From assembly GCA_020137815.1 (NCBI GenBank), contig CM035355.1:1116001-1180000 (forward strand): a DNA stretch of 64,000 bases, written 5' to 3'. Below the pieces are notes generated by a model. That model worked only from the letters and a program-made list of their open reading frames with translations, was not told the origin of the DNA and searched no databases. Positions 42,034 through 64,000 of this stretch are shown one piece after another (the stretch's first letter is position 1; the number at the start of each line of letters is the position of its first letter). A program made the position numbers and the translations under genes. Source of the DNA: Hormiphora californensis (Eukaryota; Animalia; Ctenophora).

Positions 42034-42693
42034 CTAAGCTAAAACATTCTCCAGTTTTTGCTTGGCCTCTTTAGCCGCTGCATCGATATCGGAACTTGGT
42101 GCATCTGTGAACAATACCCCCACAAAGACATTGAAACCCCAATCAGAGTGTTGGAGAGCTCGACAACATCCAATACTAACCAAATCCAAACTGGAGCTAA
42201 AACTAGTAATGTCCTCATCACACTCGGTTAAAATGTCCGTGCTTGTTTTGTTGTGATATGGCATGCCACTAAGAGGGTCTACAAAATCACACCAGTGCCC
42301 TTGGCCCGACAATTGCTCCCTCATTTCCGTGAACAATGTTATGAGTTGTTTTCCGAGTCTCTCTCGCTCAACTGACCCGTCATAACTCCACACTGACATG
42401 TCACAGCTGGTTTTTGTCTGGAAGATGTACGATTGTACGTTTTCACCTGATCGCCCGAACAAGCCCTGGATTCGGTCCTCGAGTTGCACAGGTTTAACAG
42501 ATGACTCAAATCCATTTTGATAAAGACAATAACTTTGTTCTACTACTGGTTTAGTTGTAGATGGGCTCAGAGGTTTATTGTAGCCCAACATATCAGGGGT
42601 TTGGAGGATTTGATCGTTGGTAGCCACAGTTCGACTTCCAATTACCGCCCAAATTCTCGCTCTTCGAAGATAAAATCTCGCAGTTTGCAGCAT
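42034..42693 (-). CDS. MMADHC: Cobalamin trafficking protein CblD (MMADHC-like), single coding exon, 219 aa
   Basis: QTKTSCDMSVWS..VERERL, GHWCDFVDPLSGMPY and GCCRALQHSDWGFNVFVGVLFTDAP match the MMADHC C-terminal domain. Arg-rich N-terminal leader. Confidence 0.88.
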   Translation of the reverse strand: MLQTARFYLRRARIWAVIGSRTVATNDQILQTPDMLGYNKPLSPSTTKPVVEQSYCLYQNGFESSVKPVQLEDRIQGLFGRSGENVQSYIFQTKTSCDMSVWSYDGSVERERLGKQLITLFTEMREQLSGQGHWCDFVDPLSGMPYHNKTSTDILTECDEDITSFSSSLDLVSIGCCRALQHSDWGFNVFVGVLFTDAPSSDIDAAAKEAKQKLENVLA

Positions 42694-42859
42694 CTAAAAG
42701 GTTTGAAAAGTATCTTAATCCTCTGTCACGGAATTTATCAGTAGAGAATAGGTGTTTCGAATGACTAAAACGTAAAACGGCCGACTGAGAGTTTTACTTT
42801 TTTAAACAAAAAACAACCTCGCCTCCACTTTGGGAAATTTCTGATCTGAGTTGTCTTGT

Positions 42860-43010
42860 ATTGTTCGAGCGCGCGTAAAAATCAGAATATTCGAGAAATA
42901 CGCGCGGCTGTTTATTTGCGCGTTCCATTGCTAAATGGCGCGCTGCGAGTGTGTTGGGTTGTCCTGGATCTACTTTTCTTACGCATTCCAGCTTCGCGCG
43001 GTACGTCATT
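42860..43010 (-). promoter_or_regulatory. CpG-rich putative promoter upstream of MMADHC (candidate cluster promoter)
   Basis: Cluster of CGCG motifs (gcgcgcgt, acgcgcgg, ggcgcgc, tcgcgcgg) in otherwise CpG-poor DNA. It lies downstream of the upstream gene's AATAAA (minus strand, 43188-43193). Confidence 0.5.
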
Positions 43011-44232
43011 TGGGCAGACTCTTCAATTGAGAACTCTTTCCCAACCGACCCTCTCTGACTTTGTCCAAGGCTATTTCCGTAGTTTTTTTCATGTGTCTGC
43101 CCATCGATAACAAGCCACTGTCTGGCCACTTCAGATATAAATATTGTCAGATAAAACAGGTTTTTTGAACAAAAGATAGACGTTGGTTTTATTATTTACA
43201 GCAAGATTAAAAACCTTACACTGAGGTTATCTTCTCTCTCTCTCCTTCTTGGTATCTCTCTCTCTCTCTCTCTCACTCACTCTCTCTCTCTCCTCTCTCT
43301 CTCTCTCAATCTCTCTCTCTGTCTCTGTAATATCATAGGGAGGGTAAAACTGAAGCAAGGGGAAATGGAGGGGTACAACTTCTATCTCACAGACAAATAC
43401 AACTCTCTCTCTCTATCTCTCTCTCTCTCTCTCTTATGATAGGACTCTGAATCACTCTCCCTATCCCGATATGAAGGAAGGGACTGACGGAAAGAGTCTT
43501 TAACACACACAATATTATCAGTCATATAATAATAACCCAACTTACAAACACATACGAACTGTGACAATACTAGTGTCTGTCAAAAAAACACACGCACACA
43601 CACGCACACACACACAATCTCTCAAAATGTATAAAGTGTTTAAAAGACAGGACACACAATATGAGAAGGGAGAGAAGGGAGAGAGGGAGGGTGCCATCTG
43701 TTGCTGTGATGAGAGATTTGCTGATGTGTGTTGTGGGGGGGGGGGGGTTGGGCATCCTGTCAGAAATGGGGGTCAGGGGATGTATAATGTTCTACAGAGA
43801 GGAAGAAAGGGGAGTGTCTGGTTAAATTTCACCTCGAGAAATTCTCAAAAGAAAATTCTAGAAAGAAAACAACAATCTCTCTTCTTTAACCACAAAGAAC
43901 TGGTACAGGGTGTCTCAAAAAAGGGGGGAAGGGGCAATATTTGTGATACTGGCTATAACTTATTCGGGGTAGGGGGTTATGGGTGGATTGGGGTTGCTAA
44001 AAACAACAGCTCACAGACACATACAGCCCACACTCAGAGAGACTTCACCAACTATCATCATTCTCTCTTTCTAGATTGAGGAGAGAAGGAACCAACAAAT
44101 CCTTCTCTCACTCATCCTCTAGAGACCCATACTAGTAGGGAGAGAGAGATATAATACCACACACTGACAGCACTATCTCGCCACAAAATGAGACACACAC
44201 ACACACACAGAAAACACATGTCCATCCCAGTG

Positions 44233-53487
<9,255 letters not shown>

Positions 53488-53749
53488 AATGTCGTATTAA
53501 CGGAGTAAACTCCTAGTTGGCTACACTTTTGGCTGGTTTGACTGAAAGTAAAAACAATAAAAAAGTTTTTAGCAGGTAAGGGATAGCGATATTTGCATAA
53601 ATTAAATGCGTAAGAGAAATGGCAGATACATGACTGACCGTAAGAGAGAAAGTCTTACAAACGCAATGGGTCATAAGCTACAGAGTACGGGAGCCAGGAA
53701 CATGGAAGAAAACCCTAAACATGAAAGAAAACCCTAAACGGACCTGAGA

Positions 53750-53865
53750 TGAGCTGTCAGGCCAGCTGCACTGAGAGGGAAAAAATCGCGTTAACGGCGC
53801 GGCGTCAGAATCCAATGCGCGGCGTCAAATACCCAGTAAAGTTGTAAAAAAACTGCGCCGACTCC
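53750..53865 (-). promoter_or_regulatory. CpG-rich putative promoter of the PAM2-KH gene
   Basis: Duplicated gcgcggcgtca flanking a CCAAT, ~300 bp upstream of the ATG at 53487. Acceptor tactttcag at ~53542-53550. Confidence 0.5.
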
Positions 53866-54826
53866 ATAAAATTGCAATGTTGCAGCGTTTGGATTGTGGG
53901 AACTGACTTGATTTTTAAATTGACTTCCTAAAACTTTAAAACTTTAGTTTCCGGTTTTTAAACTTGAAAAACGCTTCCTCGTCCCGTACATGCCTGATGC
54001 CAAGGTGCCAACGGGTACACAAACCTGTTGGTAGCTGGGGAAATTGATTTAATAACAGACTGTTTAGTTATAAGTTCTAGAGTTTGAGATTCATCAAGTT
54101 TCATCAAGAAAAGAGTGGTCTACGTGCTACGAGAAAAACGTAAAAAACGAAAACCTAAATAAGTATTAAGTCGCACTTGCCATTCTGCTTCTTCTAACTA
54201 CGCATGTTTTGAATCCTTCTGTTGGCATATTATCGGCGCTAGGTTCTCTGGTTATAGTCTACAATCTACCGACAGTATAACATATTCAATGTTAGTCGTT
54301 AGACTATGAATAATTGAGACGTTTCATTGTGTTTTAGCAAGCATATTGTCATATCTTTATAGGAGTCTGGCACAGTCTGTAGCAGACCTAATGATGACAA
54401 CACTCGTGTGTGCAGGGCTGCTTGTGATTTGAGGTAACCAAGGCGACAAACTCTAACTGTTTAGTGTCAGAGAGACCCACCAATATTATATAGAGAGGAT
54501 GGGAGAGAGAGAGGGGGAGAGGAAAAGAGAGAACAAAAGAAAGGGGAGGATGAGATATTATGGGAGAGAGCGAAGAGTGGGTGATCTATTTGATGATTAA
54601 TTAGACACACTGTTACATGAGGTTTTGGTACCAGTCAGTAGTCACAAGAAAAAGCAAGACCTTACCTTGTTGTCCCTCATTGCAGAGCACAACTGCAGCA
54701 TCTGTACTTTAATCTGTCACTTTCTCCCAGGCTCCCTCTCTCAGGCTCTCTCACTTTCCCTTTATTAAAAGTTCATTCTCGTGCTCTTTTGTGCCCTCAA
54801 TCAATCAATATTGTGCTCTCTCGCTC

Positions 54827-54932
<106 letters not shown>

Positions 54933-57900
54933 TCTGCACAGTGGGGACCTGTTAAAATCTACTGAGGTGAACTACTGCTGCACAAGCTGTCCCCATTTGT
55001 CGAAACCTGCCCCCCCCCCCCCATTTTAACGAATCCTGGTCCCCCTTTCCCTATTCACAATGTGTATTCACTAAGTGGTCCTGTACAGCTTGGAAAATCT
55101 GCGAGGTTCCCCATTGGCCCCCTCAATTCCTCACGCGAGGTACTTGGCAGGAGTAGCTATTCGTTCCTAGATTTAGTGCTTTGCAGTTCTTAGAAATCAA
55201 CACCCTCCCATGGCTTCTTCTCCCGAGATATTTTCCCACTCGAATCCTAAAATGTTCCTTCTGATTGACGGTTGAGACAGGCACGAGTCAATACCGGGCT
55301 TGTGTCCTGGGAAATATTCCCTCTGAGCTATTTTTAGGTCACATTCAAAAGTTAGGACACATAGAATCGCATCTCGGATCACGGTCCTAGCATATCTCTG
55401 CAGCAGTTGGTTTTGAAAACTGGGAATTCAGAAGTTGCACTGCAGTTTCAGCCGATCTGCACGCCAGGCTGTTCTATTTTTACTAACTTAGAGAGAGAGG
55501 GAACGAGCGGGTGATCAGAGAGGGAGAGAGAGAGAGAGACATTGAAGGTAACATGATCTATGCTAAGGGTGGTAAAATGAACTTATGGAACTCGTGACTA
55601 TAGAGCTCTCAATGAATTGCCCATCATTCTGCTGTTCTTACTACTGGGTCTTCTATTTTCAGTTTTTTAGTTCTACTTTTAGTTCTATTTTTAGTTCCAT
55701 CTATAAGGAACGCAAACCAAATAAAGCATACCTCGGTGGTGCGAAAAATATCCCTCAAATGATTTTATGTTTATCATATCATCATAATGACATAGTCAGG
55801 TCACTTGGCAGCGCACCACTTTTCTCACGAGGGTGCCCGTCACAAGACAACTACAAAACCGGAGGGTGAGTATCCTGGTGTTGTGATGATAAAAAGATTT
55901 GGCATAACGAGATATCACACAGTGTTTGGCAAACCATCTTGTTACTATTTGATATCGGGATATTGAGGAACTCCAGGGAGAGAGGATACCAAAGATCATG
56001 ATTGAAAAGTATCTGATTGCGGGCCTCTTCTTACTTTTTCTAGTTTTCCACTTGCGAGTTTGGGAGGTTGTCCTAGCTAGTGGGTGGATGTGGTTGTTAT
56101 ATGGGTTTGTCCTTTGTGGAATTCCCAGAAATTCCCTGGCACCCCTTACTCACAAAAAACACCCCTATAAAAAAATTACCAAGTTAGCGGATTAACCCTT
56201 AAATTACCCGCCTCCAAATACGTTAAACGTCGCAACCCCGGTTTAAACCTATGGACCACCCTCACCTCCATAATAGTCCATAAGGTCACGTGAAAAAATT
56301 GTTTTGGAAAAGCCCATAAGGTCACATTTAAAAATTTTGACCTTATTCATTGATAAAATGACTCGCTCTAAGGTCCTATTCCAGTCTCTAGCCGGGTCCA
56401 TGAAGACTTAGTAAGGTACTAAATGATAGCTTCCCTGCGAGAATATTCTAGATTCCCGTTCTTCCCCACCATGATATAACCATTCTGGGAAATAACATAT
56501 ATAGCTACTCCCTTTTTCCCCCCCAAACCCCCCTTTGGGTTTTATCCCTGTCCCCCCACCCTGAATCGCTATCACGTATTTTTGTTGGTTTTTAAAACCA
56601 TCGCTTACAAACCCCCCTTAAATTTAGCTGACCCGGTCCAAAAAAACCGCTCAAAACCTAGCTAATTTAATCCCTCTCCGCCCAATAATATTACCTTTAT
56701 CCCCTATCCCGCCTATTTTATTCTCCTTTAATCCAACCTCCCACTCCATGGCTCTGCTATTACTTTTGTCCCCCTTTCATCCTCTCTCTCTCTCCTTCAA
56801 GTCCCGAATAAGGTCCCCAATTTTCCCCATTGGCATGAATTGTACTCAGGGTTATTGTGGTTTGTATACCGGATCTCCTGTTCAGTTATCCCCCTAATCG
56901 GGTTTTATTCTGGTGCCCCCCACCAAATTTGTTTTCCCCGTTTCAGTTTCCCCCTTTTCTTCCCCTCTAATCTTTTTCTGGTGTTCACTACTTTATTTGG
57001 CGTAAGGCTTTTATATACTTTTTTTTACTTTTTTTTTTTTTTTTTCTCCTGCAGCTTCTAATATAATAACTTGTTCAACTGACATCAAGTTACCTGCTGC
57101 ATTTACCCAGCCCTCTCTGATCCCTCCTAGTTTTTAGAATTTTACAATCCTGGGCTGGCCCATCATTATATTTTCATAATAACAGATGTCATCTTTGTAT
57201 TTGTTTTCTTTGTCGGAGATGTTTCCGAAATTTATCTTGTTGCCCTCATTCTCATTGGTGCATTTGTTGCCACGTGACACGTCACGCGGTGCACACGCGT
57301 GAGAATCTGGGCACTGTGGTTTTGTACCATGAGTTGTCGATGGAAGTCATTTTGTTCTCGGTCTCTAACCAGATACAACTGCGATTAAAGTGGATGTCAT
57401 GCAGTTCTTTCACCATCCGCCTGTTTCTCTTGTAGTTGTATTCCTCTTTCTCCGTAACCCACTACTGCAGTACTGCTTCATTGCTCTCATGATCACTTAT
57501 CATCCTACTGGTGATAGCTGCGGTAAATATCAAAGCTGTTGAATAGTACTTGTCCTTCTCGATCTTTGTTTTATTGGTGATAATTACCTTCTCTAGGGCG
57601 GGATCTCTATTGATACTGGATCTATCTACACTATGTGCTGATGGTATAGATTGTAGAGAGAATTGGAGGTCAGAACTCAGAGAAGAGATACCGCTGAACT
57701 ATTGAAAGACATTTAGCAGACAGAGAGAGAGAGGCGGGTAGAGAGATGAGCAGGGGATAGTTCACTGTTATACAGCAGGTCATAAAGAGACCTAAATTGT
57801 TTTATCTCACTATGACATCTAATTTGATTCAGATCGATATGACGTCATTTCTAAGTCTGATGTGTCACCTGTAGTACAGCCTAGCCGAAATCTCTCTTTC

Positions 57901-58323
57901 ATCATCATTATGATGTGCTTGTTATTGCTTTATTTTCATTCTCCCCTTTGTCAAGTGTTACCGTCATGTCTGGAATCAATGACTGCTACTAAACTGGACG
58001 TGCCGGGCCGTGACACAGCTGCTATTATAGTATGCATGTTGCAGCCGTTACTGCAAACAGTATGATTCCCTGCTGAATCATCTCCAGACTCAGTCCATAC
58101 AGAGATGACTTACTTTTTATATCAACCATGCAAACACGAGTCTTAAATTGTCTATGACATCAGAATTTGATGATCTTATATATCATTAATGATTTACTCT
58201 TGTTATGTTTAATGTTTTGCCCTTAATTAATCACGAGAATCCAGGGTTTTAACGCCTCTTTCCCAAACAAATCAGATTTATGAATCCCATGTTCTGCCAC
58301 TCTCTGACATAATTGATAATACT

Positions 58324-58400
58324 CTGTCAGAGCATTGGCCTGACCCATTCTCGCTTCTCTCAAATAAGCGAGAACTGTGGTCAGAGCATTGGCCTGACAG
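58324..58400. mobile_element. 77-bp micro-MITE with CTGTCAG...CTGACAG ends and 8-bp TSD ATAATACT
   Basis: ATAATACT at 58316-58323 and 58401-58408. Internal direct repeat gtcagagcattggcctgac x2 and an inner hairpin ttctcgctt/aagcgagaa. Confidence 0.8.
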
Positions 58401-58865
58401 ATAATACTTCTCCACAGTTGTTAGGGCACACAATCTAGGCGCCTGCTAATTTCTATTGATATCAATTATAGGAGACTCTTTTTGTGGCTCCATGGGAGAA
58501 AAGCACGACGCGTCGCTGTATTTAGGACAATCCCGGGTTATAGCACCTCTTTAGGACCACCGGGGACCAATCGGGTCCAGGGCTAGACACGGTATTTAGG
58601 GAGAGAGAGAGGGAGGAGAGAGAGGAGAGAGAGAGAGAGCACTTCCAAGGGGCTAAAGTGCTCGTCTTGTGTATGAATTGCCCTCTTGTTCTACTACTAA
58701 TTACGATCCGCTTGGTTTCTCCCATTTACTCCGTTTACCCTCTCCCAAAATAGTGCACTTTGTTTCTCGTGCTCTTGGTTTAGGGGTGACGTCTTGGAGA
58801 GCCGAGTGAGGTGTGATTTTGTGAACTTCACCCGGAACCTAACAGAGACCGATTGCGAGAGAGGG

Positions 58866-58929
<64 letters not shown>

Positions 58930-60368
58930 ATGAAGGTTTTGGATGAGTTCCAGCCGTCACCCATCAGCCAGATCTCTTTCTCTACTTTATAGGCTCTAAT
59001 AGGTGAAATTGCAGGATGTAAACTTGCTCTTCTTGCAGGCTATTTTCTCTCTCTTTCTTTCTCTCACTCGCCTGTGCTAATGCGCCCTCCAGCTCCGCAC
59101 GATATAGGACCCAATTTCCGGGTGACCTATTTCAATCAGTTTCCATTAAAAACAGGGCAAATTCCTATTGTCCTGCACCTGGAATGGCGGCTCCCCTCTC
59201 TCTCTTTCTCTCTATCTCCCTCTCTCTCTCTCCCCCTCTCTCTCTTCACTCCGTTGTCCATCAATTGATAGTGCCGGAATTTGCTATTTTGGATCAATTG
59301 CGTGATAGCTACTTGGCAATAAAATCAGCCGCATTGATCAGCCTGGTGCAGCTGGTCACTTCTAGAGGATGTCAGTTGCAGGACGTGTTAGCTACCAATC
59401 ACAGATCTTCAGTTTGAGTTAGGAAACAACCAATCATATCTCCAGTTAGGAAACAACCAATCATATCTCCAGTTTGGAATCTACCAGTTGTCCGTTTGCA
59501 ATTGGTTAGATCATCACGATATCACTTTCTTCCGCTCACTCCTTAGGATAGTCAGTGACACTGACTATGATAGTCAACCCTCTCTCTCCGCACCCCCACG
59601 ATGCCAAATGTAGGGTTAGAACATATAACAACTATCGTCCCTATTATACAATCACCAGTTTTGGATTATGGGCTGTTCCCTGACCAGAAGATCATGGCTC
59701 TCAAATACTTCACATTAACACAGATCAGGGCTAAATCTGGGTTCTCTACTAGGGCTTCCAGCTCATATCTGAGTGCATACGTGATTTTGTCAGCACACAC
59801 CACTACTCTCTCCCTTTCTCAATGTCTCCCTTACTCTCTTGCTCTCAGCTCACTCGCTGGCTCTTCTATTGTCTTGGCGACATCCCAGATACCCAACTGG
59901 GAGGGGAGAGAGAATCAGTAGCAACATGGTGCAACCCTATGACAGAGTATCATGATCATGATACTATCAAAGAGAAACATTTCAGTATAATGGGTAATAT
60001 GCTACTTTCAGATGAAGCATCTTGGCGCCATTCAGACGATATGTTATCGGACCGTCTAGCGTGCCAAGAATGTCTCACTTCTACAATCTTATATCAGACA
60101 GTGTGAGACAATCTTGGACAACCTCTTATCAGACAGTCTGTTATTTGTAGCGTACTGCGTCTATTGTTTTTAACATCCTCTTTCCTGTTTTTAGGCTTCA
60201 CTCGCCCACTATAATTCTATTTTTATCTCTCTGTGCTTTCACCAGGTTTAAAACAATTGCAGCTTACGTAGTACTTCCAGTGGTAGTTCAGTAGCCTAGA
60301 TATTGTGAAGCCCTTTCCTTAAACAATTGCCCGACATTTTGGCGAGGTTCCATTTGAAACCCCCACAA

Positions 60369-60428
<60 letters not shown>

Positions 60429-60547
60429 AGTCCCTCTCTCTCTATCTCTCTCTCACCCTCCCTCTCTATCTCCTTGCCTCGTTTGCAAGCTTTGACTCGT
60501 GTCCTATCAACGAATCTTGGCGACGATATAGTAAGAGATAGTGTGAG

Positions 60548-60578
<31 letters not shown>

Positions 60579-61652
60579 GAGAGAGTTGTGTCCTATTCTT
60601 GGGCGGCAGACACAAGGTTTCGGAAGTGTTTAAACACATACAGGCTCCAGTATATTAGGTCAAGCTAAGAGAGATGTTATAATAGGTGTTACAGGCCTTT
60701 GCTTTACTGCGACTTTTTAAGCCACCGACTTAACTTTGTGACATAATTTCGAAGCAGAATACACTTTCCAATGACACACATTATAACTAACAGTAGCTAA
60801 CAGTAGCTAACAGTAGCTAACAGTCACAACTACTTTAGTATCATTGACACGCCCCGGCCATAAGGCTCTTTACCCCTCTGATATTCATCATATCCAGATT
60901 GATTTCGTCACCGAAAAACTCCAGTTGATCTGTGTTTCAAGGTTACGTTTAGTTTCTACGAAATGGGCGCTTCCTGCGTCACTTAGTTCTGCTGGCTGCG
61001 TCACTGTGTAACAATAAGGTGGGCGGGGGCTGGGGGAGGGGGAGTTGTGTAATATATAAACACTCTGCCAACCCTCTCTGGCATGATTGTATGCGTTGCA
61101 GTCCGTATCACCCCGATATACCTCCCTCATATTCTGACATGTCGTTTTGTATAGCTACAAGACGCCTCCCTATCTCGAGACTTTGTTTCATTTTCCTCGT
61201 TATCTCGTTCGCATTCTGCCATAGTGTTATCTCCTTGCCGGTATTTTGACATAGATCTCTCCCTGTTAGTTTAGAGAGAAATAGAGGTCCATTGAACGTG
61301 ATGTTGCTGGTGAAAACAGGTGGGAAACCCTTCAATTGTGCGGGCACGCGATGGAGACGGGAGATAGAGAGAGAGAACTAGAGATGGAAAGAGAGAGGGG
61401 GATGGAGACATCTGTACAATTGTAATTGGTCACAAAGTTATACTGCACTGATAAAATATCATCCCATTGTGCACTTTTACCGCTTCAACCCTCCAAACAC
61501 TGAACTATTTTTCAGGGAGCCCATTTAGATTGTAATATTTTTTAAATAAGTATTAAATGTACTTTGCAATGCATGGACATGGTGCCCTGATCTCTAATTC
61601 TCTCGCACTTTCCAGCACCATTTCATTGAGGGTCACATTTCACAAGGGGTAC

Positions 61653-61697
61653 TAGCTCAGAGTACAGTGTACCCCGGGTACACTGTACTCTGAGCTA
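61653..61697. repeat. Perfect 45-bp palindrome (22-bp arms, 1-nt spacer)
   Basis: tagctcagagtacagtgtaccc-c-gggtacactgtactctgagcta. Confidence 0.95.
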
Positions 61698-62559
61698 TAA
61701 CCCAGGGTATAATGGTGGTATAATCCAGCAGCATGTATCCATCAGATACGATGTTAAAAAGTTTGCTAATTAATTTGATGTTTTTTATTTGGATTACTCT
61801 TGGCAAATTACCAGGTATCACATGTCCTACCAATGACCGTTGACTGCTACATGTCCGTTCTTCTATTCTTGGGGTCATGATATTCTTGAACTGGAGTGTA
61901 TGATCACAAAGCATGATAAAGAATGTGAGCAGTGATCAGAGAGAGGGAGATTGATTAATCTGTGTCTGGCAGGAATTCTGAATTCCACCATTCCAATCAC
62001 AAATGACCGTTAAAAACCGTTATCAGCGATAGCGCTACTTGAAAGCAATAGAGATAACAAGTTTAAACATGCGACTCTCTACTCGTGTGATCCATATCAT
62101 ATCCATTAATTTGTTGTTGTCGTCGCTCTCTCTCAAAACATGTCTTTTTGTTTTGGTGTCACGTATCATTATCGTATACACGTGTCTTTCCATTTAAAGT
62201 AGGCTTCTTAAAAGGAAATTCTAGTCAGAAATCAAGGCTTCCTTTTTTCACTATAGCATCCTAAACTCCTCCCTTAGCTCACGTCTAATATATTCTCTCT
62301 CCCTTCAGTGACTATATACATGTATTAGACGAGCCAGTAATAATATATTCTTGTCAACAGTACTAATATTCCTTACATATTCAGTCTCTCTTTGTAATCT
62401 CTCTCTCCTGGTCTCGCCTTTAACTTTCTCCATCATCGTCCAATTGTTTTCTTCCAATCTCGTCTCCTAACAAGCGAATGGGACCTTTCACCTACTTAGT
62501 CCAACGACAAGCTCTTTCGTCTCTCCATTGATATTATTTTATTTTCACTAATCTATCAC

Positions 62560-62683
<124 letters not shown>

Positions 62684-63592
62684 CTATTTTATTGCTCTAT
62701 CTTTCTCTGTCACCCACGTAAATGGTTTCTCAGCCAGTCATTGTTGTCCTCAAATTTGAACCTCTTTATCCCCACATATTATCCTTATGATGATCCTTTT
62801 CTCCACCATTATCATTGTGATTACAATAACTGCTAAACCGTGGCAACCTAAAAGATGAATATTTGTCAAACAACACCACCCAGCATTGTGTCAATGAAAC
62901 GTGTCAATAAAACTGTCATTGAACAAGTGTCTATTTGGGCCTTTCCCCCCCTTCAAAAGATCTTTTAGGGAACTGGGCTTTTAAACCCCTTCCATGCAAA
63001 TGTTCAATAAGATCAGCCAACTGCGTTTTGAAATTCCACTTGGGGGGGCCTTAAACCGGCCTCATTAACTTGTGTGGTTTTATTTGTTAACCCTGTAGTT
63101 ATGCTACATTGGAAATCTTTTCCTCAACTTTTATTGGTTGTGTTGTCTTGGTGAGAAACGAATTAGTTTTGTAAAATTAGATTATTTAGGGTTTCAGACT
63201 GAGGCTATATCCTGGAGAGCTTTGCTGGGGAGAGCGAGGGAGAGGGATGTAGTGAAGAAGAGAGAGAGAGAGGAGAGGAGAGAGAGGAGGGATCGGGGTA
63301 GATAGAGGGGGGCAGAGAGCGGGGCGAAGAGGAAGTAGAGGGAGAGATTTAGAGGGGAGGAGAGAAAGTGAGGGGGAAGAAACCGATGGAGGGAGAGAAA
63401 GCTTTTTCATTTCCCCCCCTCTCTAATTATCTCCCCCCCGAATATGTTGACCCTAGCTCACATAATGGTAAATCTCCAGCTTTTCAGTTCCTATGGCAAC
63501 AAAAATATACTTGAAGAGAAATTATATGCACATTGGCAATAGTCCAACTTCCAAGTTTGTCACTTGATACCCTTTTGTTGTGGTGCTCTCGT

Positions 63593-63667
<75 letters not shown>

Positions 63668-64000
63668 AGAGTGTGTGAGAGAGAAATATATTAGATCCTG
63701 GCTAGTGGTGACTGGTCATGTGCTATTGATTTGTGATTTATGAACTAATTAATACTTCCTGTTTTTCGACAGTCCCTTTCACATGGTCGATAAATTTGAT
63801 TTTATTTCCGTTAGATATTCTATTTCTCAGTAACATAATACCCGTCCCTAACATCTTTCTGTATCCATGACCTCTCTGTCGAGGTTTAGGACACGTACCA
63901 TTAATTGTTACTTATTGTCAACTCAAGTCTAACCGATATTCCTATTTAGCTATAACTATATACGCACTACACCATGGCTAAGAGAAAGAAAAACACCGGC

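Noticed and set aside
59417-60824. Short tandem duplications (27-bp x2 at ~59417; taacagtagc x3-4 at ~60787)
   Set aside because: Ordinary slippage duplications with no further structure.

Overview
Eukaryotic (animal) genomic DNA. Short GT-AG introns, abundant (AG)n tracts and divergent orthologues suggest a non-bilaterian invertebrate such as a ctenophore, but this is an inference. The window has three parts. (1) 1-31.8 kb is a transposon and satellite graveyard: a composite 2.2-kb TIR element, and a ~1.4-kb-unit tandem satellite carrying a ~4-kb foldback palindrome and an ~11-kb TIR element that itself holds a Ty3/Gypsy retrotransposon. About 7.44-31.55 kb is homopolymer-garbled, low-accuracy sequence, so its ORFs are not real. 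(2) 32.3-53.5 kb holds five co-oriented minus-strand genes. In transcription order they are a Q/N-rich PAM2 + tandem degenerate-KH protein, MMADHC-like, intronless STK36/Fused, a DDX28-like helicase with a DEVG motif, and importin alpha-3-like. The last four are spaced 187-513 bp apart, and each ATG has a splice acceptor just upstream, which suggests an operon resolved by trans-splicing. (3) 53.6-64 kb is mostly non-coding. Best leads: the operon-like cluster; 62-77 bp CTGTC...GACAG micro-transposons with perfect 8-bp TSDs; the PAM2-KH protein and its sixfold duplicated splice donor; and a structured intronic RNA candidate.
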